From the NCBI RefSeq assembly GCF_036365525.1, contig NC_090413.1:26798262-26862261 (forward strand): 64,000 bases of DNA, in the 5' to 3' direction. Shown in pieces: positions 46,601 to 58,600 of the stretch (position 1 is the stretch's first letter; the number at the start of each line of letters is the position of its first letter). Made by a program: the position numbers and the translations under genes. Source of the stretch: Heterodontus francisci (Eukaryota). The notes beneath the pieces are model-generated. The model was given only the letters and a program-made list of their open reading frames with translations. It ran no database searches and had not been told where the DNA came from.

Positions 46601-49600
46601 TGCCGTTATTCTGTGGGATACTGGTGAATTTGACTGCAGCATTGCACGATTCTACAGAGGCTATAATTCTTAATTTTAAACAGGCTCATGCTAGTTCAAA
46701 AATAGAGAGAGGATTTTTCAGACAAATGTATTGTGTTTATGTTTTAGAATCCCACAGCATAATGTATAGGCCCAGACAACATATAGCGAATACGAACATA
46801 CGAATTAGGAGCAGGAGTAGGCCACTCAGCCTTTCGAGCCTGCTCCGCGATTCAATAAGTCCATGGCTGAACTGATAACTCCACATTTCCACCTACCCAC
46901 GATAACCTTCCACCCCCTTGCTTATCAAGAATCGATCTACCTCTGCCGTAAAAATATTCAAAGACTCTGCTTCCACCGCCTTTTAAGGAAGAGAATTCCA
47001 AAGACTCTCAACCCTCTGAGAGAAAAAATTGCTCCTGATCTCTGTTTTAAATGGGCGACCCCTTATTTTTAAACAGTGACCCCTAGTTCGAGATTCTCCC
47101 ACAAGGGGAGACATCTTTTCCACACCCACCCTGTCAAGACCCCTCGGACTGCGTTCGAATGGCTTGATACTTTACATTGCCCTGATCTCCACACATATGT
47201 TTCAATCAGGTCGCCTGTTACTCTTCTAAATTCCAGCGGATACAAGCCTAACCTGTCCAACCTTTCCTCATAAGACAGCCCATCCATTCCAAATATTAGT
47301 CTAGAAAACCTTCTCTGTACTGCTTCCAACGCATCTACATCCTTCCTTAAATAAGGACACCAGTACTGTACACAGTACTCCAGATGTGGTCTCACCAATG
47401 CCCTGTATAGCTGAAGCATAACCTCCCTACTTTTGTATTCAATTCCCCTCGCGATAAGCGATAACATTCTATTAGCTTTCCTAATTACTTGCTGTACCTG
47501 CATACAATCTTTTGCGATTCATGCACTAGACGCCCAGATCCCTCTGCATCTCAGAGCTCTGCAATCTCTCACCGTTTAGATAATATGCTTCTATTTTATT
47601 GTTCCTGCCAAGTGGACAATTTCCCACTTTCCCACATTATACTGCATTTGCCAGGTCTTTGCCCACATAATCAATCTATAATCCCTTTGTAGCCCCCTTA
47701 TGTCGTCTTCACAAGTTACTTTCCTACCTATCTTTGTGTCATCAGCAAATTTAGCAACCATACCTTCGGTCCCTTCATCTAGGTCATTTATATAAATTGT
47801 AAAAAGTTGAGGCCCTGTGGCACACCACTTGTTACATTTTACCAACCAGAAAATGACCCATTTATGCCTACTCTCTCTTTCCTGTTAGCTAGCCAATCTT
47901 CTATGTTACCCCATACACCATGAGCTTTTATTTTCTGCAATAACCTTTGATGTGGCACCTTATCAAATGCCTTATGGAAATCTAAGTACAATAGAGATGC
48001 AGTGGCAGACATTTAAGGGGATATTTCAATACACAGAATAGATGCATTTCAACGAGAAAGAATAATTCCAAGGGTGGGACTTGCCATCCGTGGTTAACTA
48101 AAACAGTTAAAGATAGTATCAAACTTAAAGAAAAAGCACAAAAATGGGAGGCAGATCAGAAGATTGGGCAGAATATAAAAAACAGCAAAGAATGACTAAA
48201 AGATTGATAAAGGAGGTAAAATTAGAGTACAAGAGAAAGCTAGCTAGAAATATAAAGACAGATAGTAAGAGTTTCTGTAAATACTTAAAAAAGAAAACAG
48301 TTAACAAAGTGAACGTAGGTCCTATAGAATGAGAGTCTGGGGAATTAATAATGGATAATAAGGAGATGGCAGACGAATTGAACAGATATTTTGCATCGGT
48401 CTTCACTATTGAGGATACAAGTAACATCTCAGTATTATCTGTAAGTCAGGAAATGGAAGGGAAGGAGGAAGTCAAGAAAATTACAATCACCAGGGATGTT
48501 TAGTTTAGAGATACAGCACTGAAACAGGCCCTTCGGCCCACCGAGTCTGTGCCGACCATCAACCACCCATTTATACTAATCCTACACTAATTCCATATTC
48601 CTAAAACATCACCACCTGTCCCTATATTTCCCTACCACCTACCTATACTAGGGGCAATTTATAATGGCCAATTAACCTATCAACCAGCAAGTCTTTGGCA
48701 TGTGGGAGGAAACCAGAGCACCCGGAGGAAACCCACACAGACACAGGGAGAACTTGCAAACTCCACACAGGCAGTACCCAGAATTGAACCCGGGTCGCTG
48801 GAGCTGTGAGGCTGCGGTGCTAACTACTGTGCCGCCCATTTGTACTGAACAAATTGTTGGAGCTGCGGGCTGACAAGTCCCCGGGTTGTGATGGACTTCA
48901 TCCAAGGGTGTTAAAAAAGTGGCTAGTGAGATAGTTACTGTGCTAGTTTTAATTTTGCAAAATTCCTTAGATTCAGGGAAGGTTCCGTTAGATTGGAAAA
49001 TAGCGAATGTAACTCCTTTATTCAAAAAGGGAGGGAGACAGAAAACAGGAAACTACAGGCCAGTTAGCTTAACATCTGTCTTAGGGAATATGTTAGAAAC
49101 TATTATTAAAGACGTTATAGCAGGGCATTTAGAAAAATTCAAGGTAATCAGGCAGAGTCAACATGGTTTTGTGAAAGGGAAATCATTTTGAACCAATTTA
49201 TTGGAGTTCTTTGAGGGAGTTACATGTGCAGTGGATAAAGGAGAACCGATGGATGTATTGTACTTGGATTTCCAGAAGGCATTTGATAAGGTGGCACATC
49301 AAAGGTTATTGCAGAAAATAAAACTCATGGTGTAGGGGGTAACATATTGGCTTGGATAGAAGACTGGCTAGCTAACAGGAAAGAGAGAGTGGGCATAAAT
49401 GGTCATTTTCTGGTTGGCAAGATGTAACAAGTGGTGTGCCACAGGGATCTGTGCTGGGGCCTCAACTTTTTACAATTTATATAAATGACTTAGATGAAGG
49501 GACTGAAGGTATGGTTGCAAAATTTGCTTATGATACAAAGATAGGTAGGAAAGTAACTTGTGAAGACGACATAAGGGGCTACAAAGGAATATAGATAGAT

Positions 49601-52600
49601 TACGTGAGTGGGCAAAGACCTGGCAAATGGAGTATAATGTGGGAAAGTGAGAAATTGTCCACTTTGGCAGGAAGAATAAAAAAGAAGCATATTATCGAAA
49701 CGGTGAGAGATTGCAGAGCTCTGAGATGCAAGGGATCTGGGTGTCCTAGTGCACGAATCGCAAAAGGTTAGTATGCAGGTACAGCACATAATTAGGAAAA
49801 CTAATAGAATGTTATCATTTATCGCGAGGGGAATTGAATACAAAGTAGGGAGGTTATACTTCAGCTATACAGGGCATTGGTGAGACCACATCTGGAGTAC
49901 TGTGTACAGTATGGTCTCCTTATTTAAGGAAGGTTATAAATGTGTTAGAGGCAGTACAGAGAAGGTTTACTAGACTAATACTACAGAGCAAGACTACACC
50001 TTCTTCTGGCAGGGTAGGGATCCAGAAGAACCAAGACAGCATGGAGTGGGTTCCGCCATCAGAAACTCTTTGCTCAGCATAATAGAGCCACCTTCAAATG
50101 GCTCGGAATGCATACTGTCCATCCGACTGCTCACCACCTCTGGTCCAGTACACCTACTCAGCATCTATGCTCCAATACTCTGCTCCCCACCTGTAGCTAA
50201 AGACCAGTTCTACGAGGGACTCCATAATATCATTAGTATTATACCGAACATCTGTTCCTGCTGGGGGACTTTAATACCAGGGTTGGGGCCGACCATGACT
50301 CATGGCCCTCTTGCCTTGGGCGCTATGGCATTGGAAGGATGAATGAGAATGGACAGCGACTGCTTGAGTTGTGTACCTATCACAACCTCTGCATCACCAA
50401 CTCGTTCTTTCATACTAAACCCTGTCACCAGGTTTCTTGGAGGCACCCAAGATCACGTCGTTGGCACCAGCTGGAGCTCATCGTCACAAGGCGAGCCTCT
50501 TTAAACAGCGTTCAAATCACACGCAGCTTCCACAGTGCGGACTGCGACACCGACCACTCCCTGGTGTGCAGCAAGGTTAGACTCAAACCAAAGAAGCTGC
50601 CTCACTCTAAGCAGAAGGGCAACCCGCGCATCAACACCAGCAGAATATCTTATCCACAGCTGTTACATAAGTTTCTAAATTCACTTGAAAATGCCCTTCA
50701 AAACACTCCTACAGGGGATGCAGAGACCACGTGGGCCCACATCAGAGACGCCATCTATGACTCAGCAATGACCACCTATGGCAAATGTGTGAAGCAGAAT
50801 GCAGACTGGTTTCAATCTCACTGAAGAGCCGGAACCTGTCATAGCCGCTAAGCGCATTGCACTGTTGAACTACAAGAAAGCGCCCAGCGAGTTAACATCC
50901 GTAGCACTTAAAGCCGCCAGAAACGCTGCAAAAAGAACAGCCAGGCATTGCGCAAATGACTACTGGCAACACCTATGCAGTCATATTCAGCTGGCTTCCG
51001 ACACCGGAAACATCAGAGGAATGTATGATGGCATTAAGAGAGCTTTTGGGCCAACCATCAAGAAGTTCGCCCCCCCCCCCCCCCAAATCTAAATTAGGGG
51101 ACACAATCACTGACCGCAAGCAAATGGACCACTACCTAGAACTGTACTCCAGGGAAAATGTTGTCACTGAGACCGCCCTCAATGCAGCCCAGTCTGTGCC
51201 AGTCATGGATGATCTGGACGTACAGCCAACAAAATCGGAGCTCAGTGATGCCATTAATTCTATAGCCAGCGGAAAAGCCCCTGGGACGTACGGTATTACC
51301 CCTGAAATAATCGAGTGCCAAGCCTGCTATCCTTTCAGCACTCTACGAACTCCTTTGCCTGTGCTGGGACGAGGGAGCAGTACCACAGGACATGCGCGAT
51401 GCCAATATCACCACCCTCTATAAGAACAAGGGTGACCGCGGTGACTGCAACAACTACCGTGGAATCTCCATGCTCAGCATATTGGGGAACGTCTTCGCTC
51501 GAGTTGCTTTAAACAGGCTCCAGAAGCTGGCTGAGTGTGTCTACCCTGAGGCACAGTGTGGCTTTCGAGCAGAGAGATCCACCATTGACATGCTGTTCTC
51601 CCTTCGCCAGCTACAGGAGAAATTCCGCGAACAACAGATGCCCCTCTATGTTACTTTCATAGATCTCATCAAAGCCTTTGACCTCGTCAGCAGACGTGGT
51701 CTCTTCAGACCACTAGAAAAGATCGGATGTCCACCAAAGCTACTAAGTATCATCATCTCATTCCATGACAATATGAAAGGCGCAATTCAGCATAGCGGCA
51801 CCTCATCAGACCCCTTTCCTATCCTGAGTGGTGTGAAACAGGGCTGTGTTCTTGCATCTACACTGTTTGGGATCTTCTCACTGCTGCTCTCACACGCGTT
51901 CAAGTCTTCAGAAGAAGGAATTTTCCTCCACACAAGATCAGGTGGCAGGTTGTTCAACCTTGCCCGTCTAAGAGCAAAGACCAAAGTACGGAAAGTCCTC
52001 ATCAGAGAACTCCTCTTTGCTGACAATGCTGCATTAACATCCCACACTGAAGAGTGTCTGCAGAGACTCATCGACAGGATTGCGGCTGCCTGCAACGAAT
52101 TTGGCCTAACCATCAGCCTCAAGAAAATGAACATCATGGGACAAGACGTCAGAAATGCTCCAACCATCAATATCGGTGACCACGCTCTGGAAGTGGTTCA
52201 AGAGTTCACCTACCTAGGCTCAACTATCATCAGTAACCTGTCTCTCGATGCAGAAATCAACGAGCGCATGTAAAAGGCTTCCACTGCTATGTCCAGACTG
52301 GCCAAGAGAGTGTGGGAAAATGGAGCACTGATACAGAACACAAAAGTCCAAGTGTGTCAAGCCTGTGTCCTCAGTACCTTGCTCTATGGCAGCGAGGCCT
52401 GGACAATATATGTCAGCCAAGAGCGATGTCTCAATTCATTCCATCTTCGCTGCCTCTGGAGAATCCTTGGCATCAGGTGGCAGGACCATATCTCCAACAC
52501 AGAAGTCCTCGAGAGGGCCAACATCCCCAGCATATACACCCTACTGAGCCAGCGGCGCTTGAGATGGCTTGGCCATGTGAGCCGCATGGAAGATGGCAGG

Positions 52601-55600
52601 ATCCCCAAGGACACATTGTACAGCGAACACGTCACTGGTATCAGACGCACCGGCTGTCCATGTCTCTGCTTTAAAAACGTCTGCAGACGCGACATGAAGT
52701 CCTGTGACATTGATCACAAGTCGTGGGAGTCAGTTGCCAGTGACATCCAGAGCTGGCGGGCAACCATAATGGCGGGGCTAAAGTGTGGCGAGTCGAAGAG
52801 ACTTAGCAGTTGGCAGGAAAAAAGACAACCGCAAGGGGAGAGCCAACTGTGTAACAGCCCTGACAACCAATTTTATCTGCAGCACCCGTGGAAGAGTCTG
52901 TCACTCTAGAATTGGCCTTTATAGCCACTCCAGGCGCTGCTTCACAAACCACTGACCACCTCTAGGCACTTACCCATTGTCTCTCGAGACAAGGAGGCCA
53001 AAGAAGAAGACTGGGAATGGGCAGGCTGTCTTACGAGGAAAGATTGGACAGGCTAGGCTTGTATCGACTGGAATTAAGATGAGTAAGAGGCGACTTGATT
53101 GAAACATCTAAGATCTTGAGGGATCTTGACAGGGTGGGTGTGGAAAAGATGTTTCCCTTTGTGGGAGAATCTCGAACTAGGGGTCACTGTTTAAAAATAA
53201 GGGGTCGCCCACTTAAAACAGAGATCAGGAGCAATTTTTTCTCTGAGGGTTGAGAGTCTTTGGAATTCTCTTCCTTAAAAGGCGGTTGAAGCAGAGTCTT
53301 TGAATATTTTGAAGGTGGAGGTAGATAGATTCTTGATAAGCCAGGGGGTGGAAGATTATCAGGGGTAGGTGCAAATGTGGAGTAATCAGTTCAGCCATGA
53401 ACTTATTGAATGGTGGAGAAGGCTCGATGGGCCGAATGGCCTACTCCTGCTCCTAATTTGTATGTTCGTAATTCAACTCAGTTATTCTTGATGTATAAAT
53501 GTTTGATTGAAATGCAGAGCTGAGCTGTTTGCTTGTGGCTCAGAGAATTTAGATAATGGGTAGTTAGGAACAGGAGGAGACCATTCAGTCCCTTGAGCCT
53601 ATTCCACCGCTCAGTTGGATCAAGGCAGACCTGGTCAAGCAAACCACGCAGATCGGGAAGATGCTAGTTTCTATTTGGGTTCTTTAGTCTGAGCTGAGTC
53701 AGCTGGCCAGCAGTACGGAAGCTGCAGTAGGGCTCAGTTCCCCTGGGTAGGGAGAGAGAAATTATTCAGTGCTCCCTTTCCTAATGCACTCTGCAATGAC
53801 TACTGCCCACCCCCCCCCACCCCCCATCCAACAGCACCCCCCCCTGCACGCGCACACAATACAGTGATGACCTGACGAGACTTGTCATGGTTCACAAGTA
53901 AGCATGAGTGGAGAAAATGCAGCCTTGCTTTCATTTTTACTTTCTGTTGTTTAATCTCTCTCTCTCTTTCTCTCTCCCTTTTCCCTCCCCCTGCCACAGC
54001 CACATATTCCTTGGCTTTACAAAATGCGGTAGGTATGTGCTATCCTACACCAGGGATGTGCCAGAGCAGGATATTGACGAATTACCGTACTACGTGTATT
54101 ATCTGTACTGGTGGAAGTTCAACATTCATGACAAGTTGAAAAAGGTGCGTACCAAAGATTTCCTTGTGAATAGAGAGCGTTCCGAATTCCCTTGCTGAAC
54201 TCAAATAAATCCTTGGATGGGCATCGCCCCTTTTTTGTCTGCCTTTTGGTATTATGTTCTGTCAGTTTTAGTTTCTCAACAACAACTTGTATTTATATAG
54301 CACCTTTACTGTAGTAAAAGTTCCCAAGGCACTTCACAGGAGTGATTATTAAACAAAATTTCACATAAAATATTACGACAGATGATGAAAAGCTCTGTCA
54401 AAAAGATGGGTTTTAACGAGTGTCTTAAAGAAGGAGAGAGAGAGGGGTTTAGGGAGGGAATTCCAGAGCTTAGGGTCCAGGCAGCTGAGGGCACGGCCGC
54501 CAGTGGTGGAGTAATGGGGATGCACAAGTTGCCGAATATGGAGGAGCTCAGATATCTTGAAGGGCTGGAGGAGGTTACAGAGACACGGAGTGAAAGAAAT
54601 TGGCATCTTGCCTCTGATTCCTTGCGCAATATCTTGTGGAGGAGGCTAGCCTGCTCGTGTGCACCTCATAACTCTTACACAGGGCAGTAGAGGCAGGTAC
54701 CAGGTGGACTAGGCATCATCCTGCCAGGAAATAGATATAGGATTGTTGACCTAAGGGACAGAGTAACCTCCAGCTCCCTCTCCCTACCCCTCTCTCTCAT
54801 GCACAGACACACATCACATACACACAAAAATATACTAGCTATACTTAAACTACATATTCATTTTTAGGAGGATATTCATATTCTGAATTACTGTTCTATA
54901 CAAGAAAAACAAATTTTTAAAGAAATCTTTTTTGTTGATCTTTAGGTGAGACAAGTGCACCTTTTCAAAGATCAGGAAGTGTACAGCGACTTGTATCTAA
55001 CAGTGTGTGAATGGCCAAGTGATCCCTCAAAGCTTATTGTGTTTGGGTTCAAGTAAGTATTCAAAGGAACAGGTGGAGGCCATCCAGCTTGTCCCGCCAT
55101 TGAGTTAGATCCTGGCTGACCTGCATTTTAACTCCATCTATCCGCCTTGTTATTGTATCCCTTGATACCCTTGCTAAACAGAAAACTCTCAATTTCTGTT
55201 TTTAAATTTTCAGTTAACCCTCCACTCCCCCCCCCACCCCCACCTCAGTCTCAATCTCAATAGCTTTTTGGGGAAAGAGTTCCAGAGTTCTACCTTTTGT
55301 GTGAAGACATGCTTCCTGACATCACCCCTGAAGTAGCTCTAATTTTAAGGTAATGCCTTCTTGTTCTGGATCCCCACCACCAGAGGAAATAGGTAGATAG
55401 AAAGAAACTATCAAATTCTTTTAATCATCTTAAACCTGATCATTTTGATCAATTAGATCTCCTCAATCTTTTTTCCAGCCTAGTCTGTGCAACCTTTCCT
55501 CTTAATTTAACGCTTTTAGCCACAGTATCATTCTGGTGAATCTGCGCTGCACCCCCTCTAAGGCCGATATGTCCTTCCTGAGATACTGTGCCCTGAACTG

Positions 55601-58600
55601 AACACAATACTCAAATGTCTGTTTTGATTCTATAAATGAAAATTATATTTAAGTAGGTTGGTGTTTCTGTCTAGTTCTCTGAAAATTTTCAACCCCGTCC
55701 ACTCCTACAGGAAAAATTGCTAAGATTTTAATTCTAGTGTCAGTTTGGTTCAGTGGGTAGCTCTCTCACCTCTTCGTCAGAAGGTTGTGGGTTCAAACCC
55801 CACGCCAGAGACTTGAGCACAAATATCCGATGAGTCATTAAACTGCAGCTCCACCCGCTTGTTGTTGCATTTAGCACTATTAGAATCACTGTATATCTTA
55901 GCAAACCAACACCACCTAAAACAGATGAACTTGTTAGTTTTTTATGGGATCTTGCTGTTCTGGTGTCTTTTTTTTTTCATTTAAAATTTTTTTCCCCTTT
56001 CTAGCTTTTCCCAGCAGGCGAGTGACCTATGCCCCAGAATCTGTTCCACTTACAGCTGCTGGAAGAAGTGTGGGTGACTCACTTCCGCTTGCTATGAGTG
56101 TTAGGGACGGGGAGGGTTGGGGTAGGGTGCAGGGTCCTTGCTCTTCCTCTTCCAGCCAATTTTTAAAAAAAAATTATTTTTTCACCTTGTTATGAAAATG
56201 TAATTCAGTTTCTTTTAATACAGCATTCGCTCAGTGAACGATCTACTGATAAACATGGTGATGAGTGATGAGAATGATAGAGATATTTATATTACAACAG
56301 TTGCTACACCGCCATATGCGTTCTGTCCCGATTGCAAGGACGTGGCTTTGCTTAACACAGGTATGAAAAAAGACCTTTCTTTCAATTGGACATGTGCATG
56401 TTAAAGCTGTACGACTTCACATTGCAAAGACCTAACTTGGTGTTGTGTGCTTTACAGATGAGCAGAATGCCTATTGTTTACAGCACGGTTTCATGCTTCA
56501 TACAAAGTACCAGGTGGTGTATCCCTTCCCCACGTTTCAGCCTGCCTTCCAGCTCAAGAAAGATGGAGTGGTGTTACTGAACACCAGCTACTCACTGGTA
56601 GCATGTGCAATATCTGTAAACACAACAGGTATGCTCCAAGTGTCATTGTTCATGTGGGAACCTTGATAATATGTATGAGTAGGTTAGTCACAAGATAATT
56701 ACAGATAGGGAGGATATTTGGTCCAAAAGGCAGATATACATGACTTTCCTCCCCTTTCACTGGAGCAGCCAGTTGGTTTTCACTACCACCACTGTATCTG
56801 GAAACGTATTTAAGTGTCAGCCATGACTCAGTGCTAACTCTTCAGAAAGTCGTGAGTTCAAGTCCCATTACAGAGACTTGAGCACAAAATCTATGCTGAC
56901 ATTCCCAGTCTATGCTGAGTGGTGTTAGAGGTGCTGTCTTTTGGATGAGACATTAAATCAAGGCCCAGTCTGCTATCTCAAATCCCATGGATTGTTGAAG
57001 GAAGAGCACACAGTGTTCTCCCTGGTGTCCTGGGCAATGTTTATCCATCAACCAACATTACTTTTTTTTAAAAAAAAAAGGACCGTCTTGACATTATTAT
57101 TACATTGCTGTCGTGGGAGCTTGCTGTGCACAAATTGGCTGTTGCATTTCCTACAATACAACAGTGACTACACTTCAAAAAGCATTTCATTGGCTGTAAA
57201 ACATTGTGACGTTCTCTGGTTGTGAAAGGTGTGATATAAGTGCAAGGTCCTTTACCTTTTGGATGGGAGCACCACAGTCGCTTACTTTTAATCTGCTGAC
57301 ACCTCTCCGCTGTACTCTGACTCCCTCATAATGATCATCGATGCTTTGCAAATTTTCTCCCTAGTCACACTCAGCACCTGGGTATAATTACCATCTCTCC
57401 CTATTGGGCATTGTAAGCGAGCCCAGTCGTGTACATACATGCATACTTCACTGGGGTCACTGGTTTTCCATCTCTAACCCAGGGCCATTGTGATTAATTG
57501 TAACCCCACAACAGCCACCTCCAGCAGACGTCAACTAACTCAGCGTAGATGGCAAAATTCAGGCAGAGGCCTTTCTGGTTTATGAAAATGATGGGAAGGA
57601 AAAGACCAGCTGCTCCTTGCTCCTGATGGTTGGAGCATCTTGACTACACTCTTCCTACCCGCTGCAGCCATAGAATCTCCTGGGAGAGGCAAATAACCAG
57701 GAAAAAAAACCCAGGACCAACAAGGGGGAAAATTCCTGTTAGGCGATCAAAACCAGCCCAGGAGATCACTTTTACCATGGATGTGTTTTTATAACCAATA
57801 CTTAACCAGCTATTGTTTCCAATTCAGACTTGTAAGAACTGTTCTGCTTTGTTTTTTTGTGTGCTTCAGGTGAGAAAGGACAGATTCTGTACAGTAGGAG
57901 CAGTGAAAACACTGAACCTGCAGGACACCATGAGTTGGATCCTAGTCTTACTTCGCCAGTAATGGACAGTGTCACGTCCAGTTATAAGCAGTGTGAAGAT
58001 GCCAATAGTCCTTTATCCAGCCATGGAACATCGGACTGCATCTTACACAAATCCGACACTAACAGGTGCACACGCTGTGAAAGCTGCTCTGAGGAAATGC
58101 TGAGCTGGGAACTTAAGAGCTGTAAGCACGCTATACTGGCAGAGTGTAAACCTGCCCAGTGTGACCAATCTTCTGCCACAGACAAAGCAAAGGAATTTGC
58201 AGCTGACATTTTCAGGCGAGCCAGAGCTGCCAGCAGTGTCACTGCTGTGTCGCGTAGTTTAAGTGAAGCTGTATCCAAACCAAAGGAAGGTGCCCTAAAA
58301 GAGAAGCCCACAGAAGACTACTACAAGGTCCTTTGTACACAGAGAAATGAGACTTCTGATTTCACGCTCCCCTCCTGCTCTTCTGAAGCAATGTTAGAGA
58401 TGCAGTGTTCTAGTTGTGTTGCCTTGAACCCCAAGTGCTCGCATTCGCTTGTATTAGGGTGCACTTGTACAACACTGGGGAAACCTGTTCTGGACAACGG
58501 TGTATCGTCTGCTGCTAAACTGAGGACTGAAGTGACAAGTGAGTTTGTTCAGAGTGAATCAGGCACAATGGACAATACTGCCAGCCAGCACCACGAAACT

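Larger units (their letters stand above)
47991..53470 (+). mobile_element. 5'-truncated CR1 LINE interrupted by a SINE (48498-48837) and an RTE (49982-53010)
   Basis: [48 protein letters not shown]; CR1 sequence rejoins (agactaatac|ctgggaatgg); (tatgttcg) tail. Confidence 0.92.

Noticed and set aside
50046-52909. Active RTE ORF
   Set aside because: Frameshifts, stops and catalytic FADD changed to FADN
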